32,000 nucleotides of DNA from the NCBI GenBank assembly GCA_003056265.1, contig NBVN01000002.1, forward strand, positions 60,001-92,000, read 5' to 3'. The stretch is from Zestosphaera tikiterensis (GTDB lineage Archaea > Thermoproteota > Thermoprotei_A > Sulfolobales > NBVN01). The notes under the pieces were generated by a model. It was not told where the DNA came from. It did no database searches and was given only the letters and a program-made list of their open reading frames with translations. The stretch's first letter is position 1, and each line of letters starts with the position of its first letter. Position numbers and translations under genes: made by a program. Positions 7,929-16,932 of this stretch are shown in pieces.

Positions 7929-10805
7929 ATGGAAAGGAAGTTTATTGAATCTTCGGAGTTTCCGCTTGATTTAGTTAATCAAGCCTCGACTAAAGAGAAA
8001 GGTTCTGGAAGGCCTGACCATTGGGAAATGGTGTTTTGGTGGACTAGGAAACCGTTAGCAAGTGCTAGAGCCGTTATTGCTGGAGCTCTCTTACCCTATG
8101 GTATCGAAAGGAGTAGATTTAAAACTTGGCTTCGATTGGATTCAGAGAAAAGCCCGCATAGACTTAACCCTACAATACCGCAGGATATATTCGATAAATA
8201 CTTCAAAGATAAGAAAGTTTTAGATCCCTTCGCAGGTTTTGGTTCAATACCTCTTGAAGCATTAAGGTTGGGGGTTAAGGAGGTCGTAGCTGTTGAACTT
8301 CTTCCAACAGCTTATGTATTCCTTAAGGCTGTTCTCGAATACCCTAAATTTGCTGTCGAGCAAGGCCTTGGGAAAGGCTTAATAAAAGACGTTGAGGCTT
8401 GGGGTAATTGGATCCTAAATAAACTTAAGGAAGACCCTGAAATTAAAGAACTTTATGATGAGGACGTCGCAGTATATATAGGTGCGTGGGAGGTTAAATG
8501 TCCCGCTTGTGGTAAGTATTCACCCATGATAGGTAATTGGTGGTTAGCTCGCGTTAAAGATAAAGGAAGATACGCATGGATAGATTGGAACGAAGAACAT
8601 GAAGAAATAATTGTAAAAGATCTCAATAAAGAACTTAAGCAGAAAGCAGTAAAGCCCGAGGAGGTTAGCGAATCAAAAGTGAGAGTCAGGGAAATCACAT
8701 ATAAAATAAAAGAAAAGAATATAGAGCCAAGAAGTGAAACAGCTACATGTCTCCACTGCAAGGTAGAGATAAACCATAGAGTAGTTAATACCGAATTAAT
8801 AAGACCAGGTAAAGGCGATAAAAGCAAGGGGGTATGGTATTTAAAGCACGCCATAAAGGAATGGAATGAAAACCTTGAAAAATATCTAAATGGAGAAATA
8901 AGCCTGCAACAATTACTGAAGAGTGCGGCAAGACCTAAGGTATTCGTTAGAGTCAAATCAGTTAACGAAGACTTGTACTTTGAACCAGCGAAGCAAGAAG
9001 ATAATGAGAAGTTGTGGAAAGCTCTGGAAAAGCTAAAACAAATATGGGGGGACCCAGACATACCGACAGAGCTATTCGCACCTTATCAAATGGGTACAGC
9101 AGGAGCCTTAAGAATAACTCTTTGGGGTTTTGACAAGTTCTACAAGCTCTTCAATCCGCGTCAGCTCCTAACTCTAGTTAAGCTGGTCAAGCTCATACGT
9201 GAGGCAGGTAAGAGGGTTGAGGAGGAGAAGCTGAGGGAGGGCTGGAGCAAGGAAGAAGCATACAGATACGCAGAAGCAGTAACAACATACCTAGCGATAG
9301 CACTAGTTAACTTTTCAGATAATTTCAGCTTAACTACATATTGGGAAAACACATGGCTTATGCTAAAAAGAACCATGGCATTTAGAGGTATTGCAATGAC
9401 GTGGAATTGGTGCGATGCTAATCCTGTGTATAACATAACAGGTTCATGGGTTAGAAGTCTAGATAATGTAAGTGAAGGCTTGTCTTATCTTGTTTCTGCT
9501 GTTTCTGGTAGTCCTAGCAGGGTCAGGGTTCTGCTTGACGATGCTACCGTGCTCAGCAAGCTCAGCGGTGAGAAGTTTGACGTTATTGTTACCGATCCAC
9601 CGTATGCCGATGACGTGCCTTATGCTGAGTTAAGTGATTTCTACTATGTTTGGCTTAAGAGGGCTTTAAGCGATGTTGAGGGAGATAATCTTAGGCCTAG
9701 GTTCTTAAGCGAGGCTTTCTTTGACGAGTTTGGCGTTGAGATTAGAACGCAGTGGGAGGTTTACGCTAAGCGTGAGATTTCGGATAATGAGGGTAGGCGT
9801 GAATACTTTGGTCTTAGCAGGGATTTCAGCGATCTTCTAGCTGAGGCATTTGCTAACGTGCTTCAATACTTAGACTCTAACGGTGTTTTGGTCACTTATT
9901 ATGTAGCTAAGAAAGAGGAAGCTTGGGTTTCACTTATAGATGCTTTATGGAGAAGGCTTGGGTTAGTGATTTCTGCTGCTTACCCAATTCAAACAGAGTT
10001 AGAGGAAAGCGTTATTGCTAGAGGCAAGTCTTCAGTATTAGGTGGGTTTGTTATTGTTTGGCGTAAAACAGAGGGGTCAAGCAGTTATGACGTGGTTGAC
10101 TTAGCTAGTTCTGAGGATAGAGTTAAGCTAGTGAATTTTGTAGCTAATGAGTTTGAGAAGTATAGTCAATTTAGGAAATATTTCTTTATATTTTCATTTA
10201 TAGCTGGTCTTTCAACTCTTCTGAGATTTAGAGAAGTAAGGTATGGAGGGATAACTTTAAGTACCGAAAATGTGGTGATTGCGGCGTCATCTATAGGTTT
10301 TGAAGGTAGCCTTAAGTCTGTAGGTGTAGATGTTAAAGACCCGCATGCCTTAGCTTACTTACTGCTTAAGCTAGCCAGCAAGGATGGGAGTATATCGAGT
10401 GATGAATTGTCATATGTAACTTACGCCACTGGACTTAGTGATAGTGAGATGATAAAAGCAGGTTTAATTACACCAGTCGAGAGCGGAGGCCCTAAAGTAA
10501 GTAAAAGAAGAACTTACGTTGTTATTATGCCGAAAAACACTACAGCTACAGAGTTTGTATCAGCCCTCTCTAAAGTTAGAGGCAAGTCTAGGATTCTAGA
10601 AGCTTTTAGAGAAATTCAGATTGGCGCTTTAACCCCCAGCTTTAAATTTGAGAGTGTTAAGGTTAAGTACGGAGATGTAATTAACGAGGTTTTAACTTTA
10701 TGCATGGCATTAACAGAGTTAGCGAAAAGGGAGGTGTTAAGCATTGAAGACCCGGATGTTAAAACAGCTCAAGCAATCTTGAATGTACGTCTCAAACTTG
10801 TTTAG
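7929..10805 (+). CDS. DUF1156-type (COG1743-like) DNA amino-methyltransferase with inserted Zn ribbon and long C-terminal extension
   Basis: The N-terminus FPLDLVNQASTKEKGSGRPDHWEMVFWWTRKPLASARAVI matches my memory of the DUF1156 signature. The SAM motif I is LDPFAGFGSIPLEALRLG (from 8223). The Zn ribbon is CPACG...CLHC (8499-8759). Motif IV is VTDPPYADDVPYAELSDFYYVWL, with DPPY at 9594-9605. A TTTAAA box lies 26 nt upstream of the ATG. Confidence 0.85.
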   Translation: MERKFIESSEFPLDLVNQASTKEKGSGRPDHWEMVFWWTRKPLASARAVIAGALLPYGIERSRFKTWLRLDSEKSPHRLNPTIPQDIFDKYFKDKKVLDPFAGFGSIPLEALRLGVKEVVAVELLPTAYVFLKAVLEYPKFAVEQGLGKGLIKDVEAWGNWILNKLKEDPEIKELYDEDVAVYIGAWEVKCPACGKYSPMIGNWWLARVKDKGRYAWIDWNEEHEEIIVKDLNKELKQKAVKPEEVSESKVRVREITYKIKEKNIEPRSETATCLHCKVEINHRVVNTELIRPGKGDKSKGVWYLKHAIKEWNENLEKYLNGEISLQQLLKSAARPKVFVRVKSVNEDLYFEPAKQEDNEKLWKALEKLKQIWGDPDIPTELFAPYQMGTAGALRITLWGFDKFYKLFNPRQLLTLVKLVKLIREAGKRVEEEKLREGWSKEEAYRYAEAVTTYLAIALVNFSDNFSLTTYWENTWLMLKRTMAFRGIAMTWNWCDANPVYNITGSWVRSLDNVSEGLSYLVSAVSGSPSRVRVLLDDATVLSKLSGEKFDVIVTDPPYADDVPYAELSDFYYVWLKRALSDVEGDNLRPRFLSEAFFDEFGVEIRTQWEVYAKREISDNEGRREYFGLSRDFSDLLAEAFANVLQYLDSNGVLVTYYVAKKEEAWVSLIDALWRRLGLVISAAYPIQTELEESVIARGKSSVLGGFVIVWRKTEGSSSYDVVDLASSEDRVKLVNFVANEFEKYSQFRKYFFIFSFIAGLSTLLRFREVRYGGITLSTENVVIAASSIGFEGSLKSVGVDVKDPHALAYLLLKLASKDGSISSDELSYVTYATGLSDSEMIKAGLITPVESGGPKVSKRRTYVVIMPKNTTATEFVSALSKVRGKSRILEAFREIQIGALTPSFKFESVKVKYGDVINEVLTLCMALTELAKREVLSIEDPDVKTAQAILNVRLKLV

Positions 10806-10808
10806 GCG

Positions 10809-13800
10809 GTGAGTACCGTGCGCATTCTTAAAGATATTATAAAGAGTTATAAGAGAGTTGAAGAGTTAGCTGAGGGAAGGATATCCCCGCATGTTGACGT
10901 AAAGTATGTTTATGACTACCTCTTTAACTCTGTGAGACCTCCTGTTGATCATGAACATTATTGCAATAGAAGTGAGTTTCTTTCTTTAACTTACCCAACA
11001 CCTCGCATGCTTGAGTGGACTGAAGTAATTATTAGGGTTCTTGCTGGGGTCACTACAGCTAAAAACGTTTTCGTGCTTCCAGCATATTTTGGCGCCGGTA
11101 AGTCTCATTTCCTAGCTTTCCTAATACATTTAATTTCAATTTATAGTGAATGCAATGGTTTAGGAGAATGCGTTTCTAAAGAACTTAAGAAATATGGAAT
11201 CGACATAGAACTTCCTGACCTTCCTGACATTCCTCACGTTTTCTTATATCATGGAGCTCACGCCGAGGCACCTCCTTGGAGCGACGTGAGTCAAGCTTTA
11301 CCAAGTAAAGGTAGGATCCGTGAGTGGATTAGCAGAAGAAAGCCCCTCTTAATAGTTTTTGACGAGACTGGGATGTATGATGATAGATTTGGTAAAGACT
11401 TTGCCGATTATATGCAGATACTATCTGAAGCTATCGTTGAAGCTGGTGTCACACATGTCTTAGTTGTTTCTTACTCGTTGGTTGGTAGTTATATACCTGA
11501 GAGTTATGAGAGGCTTGAACGCATATCACCTATACGAGTAGATTTAGATGTAGTTAAGAACATTGTGGAGGTATTTAAGAGATGGGCTAATGTTCATGAA
11601 GAACCTGACTGTTATGAAGTTGAAGTTTCTCTAACGAGTTCGCTAGAAAAAGATACTATAAATGATTTCTGTAGTAGACTTAAGGAAACTTATCCGTTCA
11701 ACCCATTAACGCTTCGAACACTTCTTATGCTTGCTGAAGAGAGTTTAGCTAAAGCTACAAAGATACAGTTAACTAGGGGTTTGTTGCAACATATGATGAA
11801 GGCTATAAGGAATGCTGTAAAACGTGAAGGTAAACTAGTCATCCACGCAGATTTACCTGAACCACAGGAGGTTCTAATCCCGCCTGTTGAGTTTAGTAAG
11901 TTTTGGACTTCTCTCATTAATCTCTATAAAGAGGATGTTGATAAACTTAAAGTAATTACTAGTAAGCATGAGAGAATGACATTACTGTCTATGTTTAAGC
12001 ACGTATTCTTTACGAGCTTTATAGGTAGATTACTTCCGTCGAAGGAGACTTATCCAGATGAAATAAGGCTTTTACTCGGGAATTATGACCCAGCAATTGA
12101 CATGATTCAGTTGACGAATGCTAAAAGAAGTATTGACGAAGGTCATTATAGAGTGTATAAAACTGGTATAGGCTACCTTTATATGCCGGTAGTAGGGGAC
12201 ATAAACATCGTTGTTAAAAACGTCGTGGACGGATATGCTTCAGAAGATGGTCTTAAGGTAGTGACGAATGAAGTTGAACAAATAGCTAAAAGCGTTCCTA
12301 AGTTTAAATACGTAGTTGTTGCTGGCTGGAGAGACTCAGATTTAAAAGAGGGTAAGTTGATTTCCTTTGCTGACTATCGAGAAGTAGAAAGATTCTTAGC
12401 AGACCATGCAGACGAGCCTATACTTCTAGTGGATTTAAGAGGTTTAAAAATCAAGCCGCGTAGTAACTTAGCTATTGTAAAAACACAAGATGTTGAGCTT
12501 AAAAGACTTGAGGAAGCAGGTGATATATTAGAATTTTTAAGTAGATTTGCTATTACTCCGGAGAAGCTTAGTGAAGCTCTTACCTTATTAGGCAGGATTA
12601 AATGTGCTGTGGATGAAGTTTTAAATGATGTACCTAGATATTTCCCGGATGTTACTATTGTTGAGGAAGACTTTTTAAAACGTATATTAGAGGACTTTAT
12701 TAAAGCTAGGCTTAATAATATTAAAAGTAGCACATTGTCGTACATCAAGAAAGGGGTTGAGATGTGGCTTTCTAGATATTCTATAGGCAATAAAGAATTT
12801 AGTGGAGGTTTAAAACAGCTTCGTAGGTATGTGAATGAAACCTCAGCTGAAGAGATCGTTAAAAAAGTCTTAAACAGTTCCAGGAATTTCGTAAGGTTTG
12901 GAGATCTATGGAGTCAATGGTTAAACAGCGGTGAATTAGGGTACCCACTTAGTTTTCAAGATTTTGTTGATATCGCACTCAATGTATGTAAGGATGAGTG
13001 TCAATGTGTGCTAAGAGAAGGTAATAAGTATCAATGGCTTTCGGATAAGAATATCTGTGAGTATGAGAGTCCTAAGGATCCAAGAAACGCTGAGGTAGCC
13101 TTAGCATTTATAAATAAGAATCCTAATGAAGACGTAATCGAGAAGTATCTAACAGAGCTTCAAGCAGAACATCAGGAAGCTGGCATAAGAGTGTTTATAG
13201 AGTATAGTGATTACGTAACAACACGTAAAGTCCCGTTGGATCAATTCTTAATTAAGAAAACAGAATGGATTTACCTGAGAACCGCCAGAATAGTTAAGGA
13301 GAAAGTCGTCAAGCAGTTTGAAATTTCTGTAAATGGTTTAAATAAGTTGTATGTTGAAGTAAGTCGAGGTGATCCATTAACTATTGAAGTATCTTCCAAC
13401 GAAGTTTTGATGGCAGTAGAAGTTTCATTACTCGATGAGGTTGTTAAGGCTAACTTAAGTGAGAACAGGAAACGAGCGGTTGCAGAGCTTAAAGCGCCTC
13501 AAAATGCCGGTGAATATGAGCTTAAAGTTTCAGTTATCTTTGAAGATAACCACAAGGAGAATAGGTCAATCAAAGTTAAAGTTAGGGGTAGGGTTAAAGA
13601 AGAAAAAGTTAAAACAGTTATTAGTGAGAGCGATGAGGTCGTTAAGATGCGTGTCCTTTCAGCTAAAGATATAGGATATGTGTTATCAAGATTGAAAATC
13701 AATAAGAAACTCTTAGAAAATATTTCAGAGGTTGAACTTACAAGTAGTGTAAGTGGAGAAACAACTGAGCTTAATTTAAGTCTAAGTTGTAAAAGAATCG

Positions 13801-13973
13801 ATGAAAGCATTATGGACAACTTGGCAAGAGTCGTTAAAGCTTTAGAAAGCCTTACAGAAACCGTTGAAATCGAGATATGCTTTAAAACATCTATGAACCT
13901 TGAAAAAAGCTTTATTGACGCTCTCAAAACAAGAAATGTTATGTGGATTGTTTTGGAGGAAAGTGAGATATGA
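10809..13973 (+). CDS. DUF499 / BrxC(PglY)-like P-loop ATPase, 1054 aa
   Basis: The GTG start lies 3 nt after the methylase stop. TYPTPRMLEWTEVIIRVLAG, then Walker A FGAGKSH (11091-11108) and Walker B LLIVFDETG, fit the DUF499 layout as I remember it. I recognise no motif in the C-terminal ~650 aa. Confidence 0.8.
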   Translation: MSTVRILKDIIKSYKRVEELAEGRISPHVDVKYVYDYLFNSVRPPVDHEHYCNRSEFLSLTYPTPRMLEWTEVIIRVLAGVTTAKNVFVLPAYFGAGKSHFLAFLIHLISIYSECNGLGECVSKELKKYGIDIELPDLPDIPHVFLYHGAHAEAPPWSDVSQALPSKGRIREWISRRKPLLIVFDETGMYDDRFGKDFADYMQILSEAIVEAGVTHVLVVSYSLVGSYIPESYERLERISPIRVDLDVVKNIVEVFKRWANVHEEPDCYEVEVSLTSSLEKDTINDFCSRLKETYPFNPLTLRTLLMLAEESLAKATKIQLTRGLLQHMMKAIRNAVKREGKLVIHADLPEPQEVLIPPVEFSKFWTSLINLYKEDVDKLKVITSKHERMTLLSMFKHVFFTSFIGRLLPSKETYPDEIRLLLGNYDPAIDMIQLTNAKRSIDEGHYRVYKTGIGYLYMPVVGDINIVVKNVVDGYASEDGLKVVTNEVEQIAKSVPKFKYVVVAGWRDSDLKEGKLISFADYREVERFLADHADEPILLVDLRGLKIKPRSNLAIVKTQDVELKRLEEAGDILEFLSRFAITPEKLSEALTLLGRIKCAVDEVLNDVPRYFPDVTIVEEDFLKRILEDFIKARLNNIKSSTLSYIKKGVEMWLSRYSIGNKEFSGGLKQLRRYVNETSAEEIVKKVLNSSRNFVRFGDLWSQWLNSGELGYPLSFQDFVDIALNVCKDECQCVLREGNKYQWLSDKNICEYESPKDPRNAEVALAFINKNPNEDVIEKYLTELQAEHQEAGIRVFIEYSDYVTTRKVPLDQFLIKKTEWIYLRTARIVKEKVVKQFEISVNGLNKLYVEVSRGDPLTIEVSSNEVLMAVEVSLLDEVVKANLSENRKRAVAELKAPQNAGEYELKVSVIFEDNHKENRSIKVKVRGRVKEEKVKTVISESDEVVKMRVLSAKDIGYVLSRLKINKKLLENISEVELTSSVSGETTELNLSLSCKRIDESIMDNLARVVKALESLTETVEIEICFKTSMNLEKSFIDALKTRNVMWIVLEESEI

Positions 13974-14365
13974 TGGAAATACGCCCTTTACGTGAGGGTG
14001 TAAGTGTTAAATTAGGTATGATGGTAGTATATAAAAGCAGACGTATAAAGTTGGAGGAATTTTCGCAACTCTTTAACTCTTTTATCTCTTTTGAGGAGGG
14101 GAGAGATTGGGGTTTATATGGCAATATCTTGGCTGTGAAGCATCCGAATCTTGTCGAGGTAGCCCTCATATATACCGCTTTAAGGGCTGGTGGGCAAAGT
14201 CCTGAGGAGGCAAGAAAGATCGTTAATGTTATGAGGGTCTTCGAATTTAGTTCTCTTGCTTTGATATTATTGTATAGGTTATCTATCGATGAGGGTAGGT
14301 ATGGTTATAAAATGCGGAAACTTGGTAAAGCTATAGCGAAGATGTTTGAATTTGCTACTAGGTGA
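13970..14365 (+). CDS. hypothetical protein (131 aa), translationally coupled to the ATPase
   Basis: The ATG overlaps the ATPase stop (ATGA at 13970-13973), and the ORF ends 22 nt before the helicase start. No motif recognised. Confidence 0.6.
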   Translation: MMEIRPLREGVSVKLGMMVVYKSRRIKLEEFSQLFNSFISFEEGRDWGLYGNILAVKHPNLVEVALIYTALRAGGQSPEEARKIVNVMRVFEFSSLALILLYRLSIDEGRYGYKMRKLGKAIAKMFEFATR

Positions 14366-14387
14366 GTATCCATTATAGGTGACTTAA

Positions 14388-16820
14388 GTGGTTATTAGTC
14401 CGCGTGATGTTATTGAAGTGTTTAAAGCAGCTGGTAAAGAACTTTTATATCATCAAATAGACTTAGTTTCGGATTTAATACTTAAGGATAAACCTAAAGT
14501 GCTTATAGCTGATGATGTAGGTTTAGGTAAGACTATACAAGCCTTAGCCTACGTAAAACTGGTCTTAGAAGCTGGAACTGTTAGCAAGGTCTTGATCATA
14601 GTACCTACGTCTGTTTTGGATCAGTGGTTGGATGAGATGCGTTCTTTTGGTATAGATGAAGACTTAATATATGTTGTTGAAACACCGAAGATTCACGCTG
14701 GACGTCACGTATATATTGTAACTATGGATCGTGCTAAAAAGGATGAATATTTGGATGTTCTTGAAAGCATCGATTGGGATTTAATAGTTGTTGATGAGGC
14801 CCATAAAATCAGGTTTAGGACATTACGTGTGAGATTATCTTCATTAATTAACAGAGCTAGGAGATGCCTACTTTTGACTGCAACTCCACATACAGGAGAT
14901 GAGCAAAGCTTTAAATTCCTTAAGTCATTAGTATCCGACATCGTTGTTAGAAGAGAGAAAAAAGATGTTGAAAGTTATGAGGGGCGTAGAATTTTGCCTC
15001 GTCTTAGTTATTGGATAGTTAAGGTTCGTGCGAGCAATGAGGAATCTACGGCGCTTTCAAATGTGCTCAAGAAACTTAAGAACATGGAAGTAGAGCCTAT
15101 AGTTCGTTATACAGTTTTAAGGAGAGCACTTTCAAGTCCATTGTCGTTTTTAGCCACTTTAAACAAAGTTGCTGGCGGTTTCTGTAGTGAAGAAGAGCTT
15201 GATGAAATAGAGTTAGACTCTTGTCTTGCTCAAATAAGTGATAAACTTGAGGATGTAAAGACTGTAGTAAGTGACGATAGAAAGCTTGAAGTTCTTAAGG
15301 GTCTCTTAAACGGTGAGTTGAAAGGTAGGAAGCCAATTATATTTACTGAATATGCAACAACTGCGGAGTATCTTTTTGATAAATTGGTTAAAGCCTTCAG
15401 ATGTTCTGTAATTAGAGAGGGTGAGGGTTTTGGTGTAGCTGAATGTAATGGAAGGGCTTTAATGTATGTAACGGCTAAGGCTAGAAGTAACATTAGGATT
15501 AACGAAGAGGTTAGGCAGTTTTCGCTGAGGGATGGAGCTATTTTAATATCCACTGACGTCTTCTCCGAAGGTGTAAATCTTCAGGCTTTTGATGTTGTAG
15601 TTAATTATGAGGTTGTGTGGAGTCCAACTAAGCATATACAAAGGATAGGTAGGGCTTGGAGGTTTGGTCAAAAAGCTGAAGAGGTTTCAGTTATTGATGT
15701 AGCACTTGATGTAGGGTATAAGGAAAGCGAGTTCGCCATGTATACTAACTACTTAGAAAAGATCTACGAAGTTAGTCTTTATGCCCTAACACCTCATACT
15801 TATGCTGATTATGTTGTTTACAGCTCGTCTGGTAGTGAGTTAAGTAAGCTTTTTGAGCTTAGTGGGGTTCACCTAAGTAGTTTTGAAGTTTTTGAAGCTG
15901 TTTATGAAGGGAAGCTTAATGAGTTAAGGAAAAAACTTGAAAAGCTCATAGAATTGAAGGATAGGGTTAGAAGAGCTAAGGCCTCGAAGGATGTATGGAG
16001 GGATGTATGGCTTAAGTTAGGTTATAGACGAGTTGCGACGGGTAAAGTTTTAGAGCCTGGGAGTAGCTACATACTAGCTAACATAATTGTTAGGCTAGAG
16101 GAGAATAATGTGTTTAGAGAGCAAGTTTTAATCGATCTCCCTCAAGTAAAGGATAGAATAAATAAGGCTGTAGTTTACAGACAGATAGAGTTTGAAGGAG
16201 CTCGTCTTAAAGGATTAAGTGGAGAGATAAGTGCTGATGAAGCAGACGATGTTAGGAAAGTTTTAGCCAAGGAATTTGTTGAAGATTTAAAGCTTTATAT
16301 TCAGAGATTGAATGCTGGACACGTTCGACCGTTTATAGTTATAGAGGATTTACGAGGCGTTTTAGTTGATAAAGTGCTACCTATAGACGATTTTATGTTG
16401 GCTCTAAATAAAGAGCTTGACTTTAGCAATAGGAGAAGAGAGGTCGAGGAAACGGCTGTAAAGTGTATAAAGAATTACTTAATGAGTGAAGGTTTTGAAA
16501 TATATGAAGACTATTACGGAGGTCCACGAGCTTTCGACATGGTTGTTTCTAAAGGGCGTGAATTATATACCGTAGAATGTAAAGGTAGACGCATAAGACC
16601 TGGCGAACAGGTAGCTATAACGCTTACGGTGAATGAAATGGAATGGGGTCTTAGATTTCCTGAGAGACACCTCATTTGTATTGTAGAAACTTCAAGTAAG
16701 GACTTTTGTGATGTCATTGAATGTATGAAGTTTGAAGACTTTCTAAAGAAATGGGAGCTAAGGAGACAGAGGAGTTATTACGACTACATCGTTGAAGCGA
16801 TAAAGAAGCAAAATATCTGA
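14388..16820 (+). CDS. SNF2/DEAH-box superfamily-2 helicase fused to a C-terminal PD-(D/E)xK-like (DUF3883-like) domain
   Basis: Motif I is DDVGLGKT (14511-14534), Ia is IVPTSVLDQW, II is DEAH (14793-14804) and III is LLLTATPHTGD. Motif V is STDVFSEGVNLQ and VI is HIQRIGRAWRFGQ. The C-terminus has AFD(717)MVVSKGRELYTVE(730)CK(732)G...LTVNEMEW...HLICIVE. GTG start. Confidence 0.85.
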   Translation: MVISPRDVIEVFKAAGKELLYHQIDLVSDLILKDKPKVLIADDVGLGKTIQALAYVKLVLEAGTVSKVLIIVPTSVLDQWLDEMRSFGIDEDLIYVVETPKIHAGRHVYIVTMDRAKKDEYLDVLESIDWDLIVVDEAHKIRFRTLRVRLSSLINRARRCLLLTATPHTGDEQSFKFLKSLVSDIVVRREKKDVESYEGRRILPRLSYWIVKVRASNEESTALSNVLKKLKNMEVEPIVRYTVLRRALSSPLSFLATLNKVAGGFCSEEELDEIELDSCLAQISDKLEDVKTVVSDDRKLEVLKGLLNGELKGRKPIIFTEYATTAEYLFDKLVKAFRCSVIREGEGFGVAECNGRALMYVTAKARSNIRINEEVRQFSLRDGAILISTDVFSEGVNLQAFDVVVNYEVVWSPTKHIQRIGRAWRFGQKAEEVSVIDVALDVGYKESEFAMYTNYLEKIYEVSLYALTPHTYADYVVYSSSGSELSKLFELSGVHLSSFEVFEAVYEGKLNELRKKLEKLIELKDRVRRAKASKDVWRDVWLKLGYRRVATGKVLEPGSSYILANIIVRLEENNVFREQVLIDLPQVKDRINKAVVYRQIEFEGARLKGLSGEISADEADDVRKVLAKEFVEDLKLYIQRLNAGHVRPFIVIEDLRGVLVDKVLPIDDFMLALNKELDFSNRRREVEETAVKCIKNYLMSEGFEIYEDYYGGPRAFDMVVSKGRELYTVECKGRRIRPGEQVAITLTVNEMEWGLRFPERHLICIVETSSKDFCDVIECMKFEDFLKKWELRRQRSYYDYIVEAIKKQNI

Positions 16821-16932
16821 AACCGAATGGAAAATCGAATGTGTGTCTGAAGAAGAGAGTAGTTCCGTAGTAGACTCTTAACGTTTTTAACATTTTACTT
16901 AACTCTAAACTCCTTATCAAGTAGCTCAAAGA

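Noticed and set aside
8453-9436. Minus-strand ORFs 8453-9061 and 9161-9436 inside the methylase gene
   Set aside because: They are antisense to a frame carrying unambiguous methyltransferase motifs. The products are Ser/Leu-rich low-complexity sequences typical of shadow frames.
13571-13620. Clustered GTTAAAG-like nucleotide repeats
   Set aside because: They are explained by the K/V-rich coding sequence (IKVKVRGRVKEEKVKTV) in the ATPase C-terminus, not by an independent DNA element.
11690-13927. ORFs 11690-11917(-), 12374-12790(-), 13459-13674(+) and 13499-13927(-) inside the ATPase gene
   Set aside because: They are overlapping or antisense frames in an AT-rich, stop-poor region. They have no motifs, and the long sense frame explains the region.
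7929-16820. Classifying the cassette as canonical BREX, DISARM or a type I/III R-M system
   Set aside because: No PglZ, BrxL, BrxA/B, DUF1998, PLD, HsdS or Res-type gene is visible in the window. Only the DUF499-like ATPase and a methylase are shared with BREX, so I describe it as BREX-like rather than BREX.
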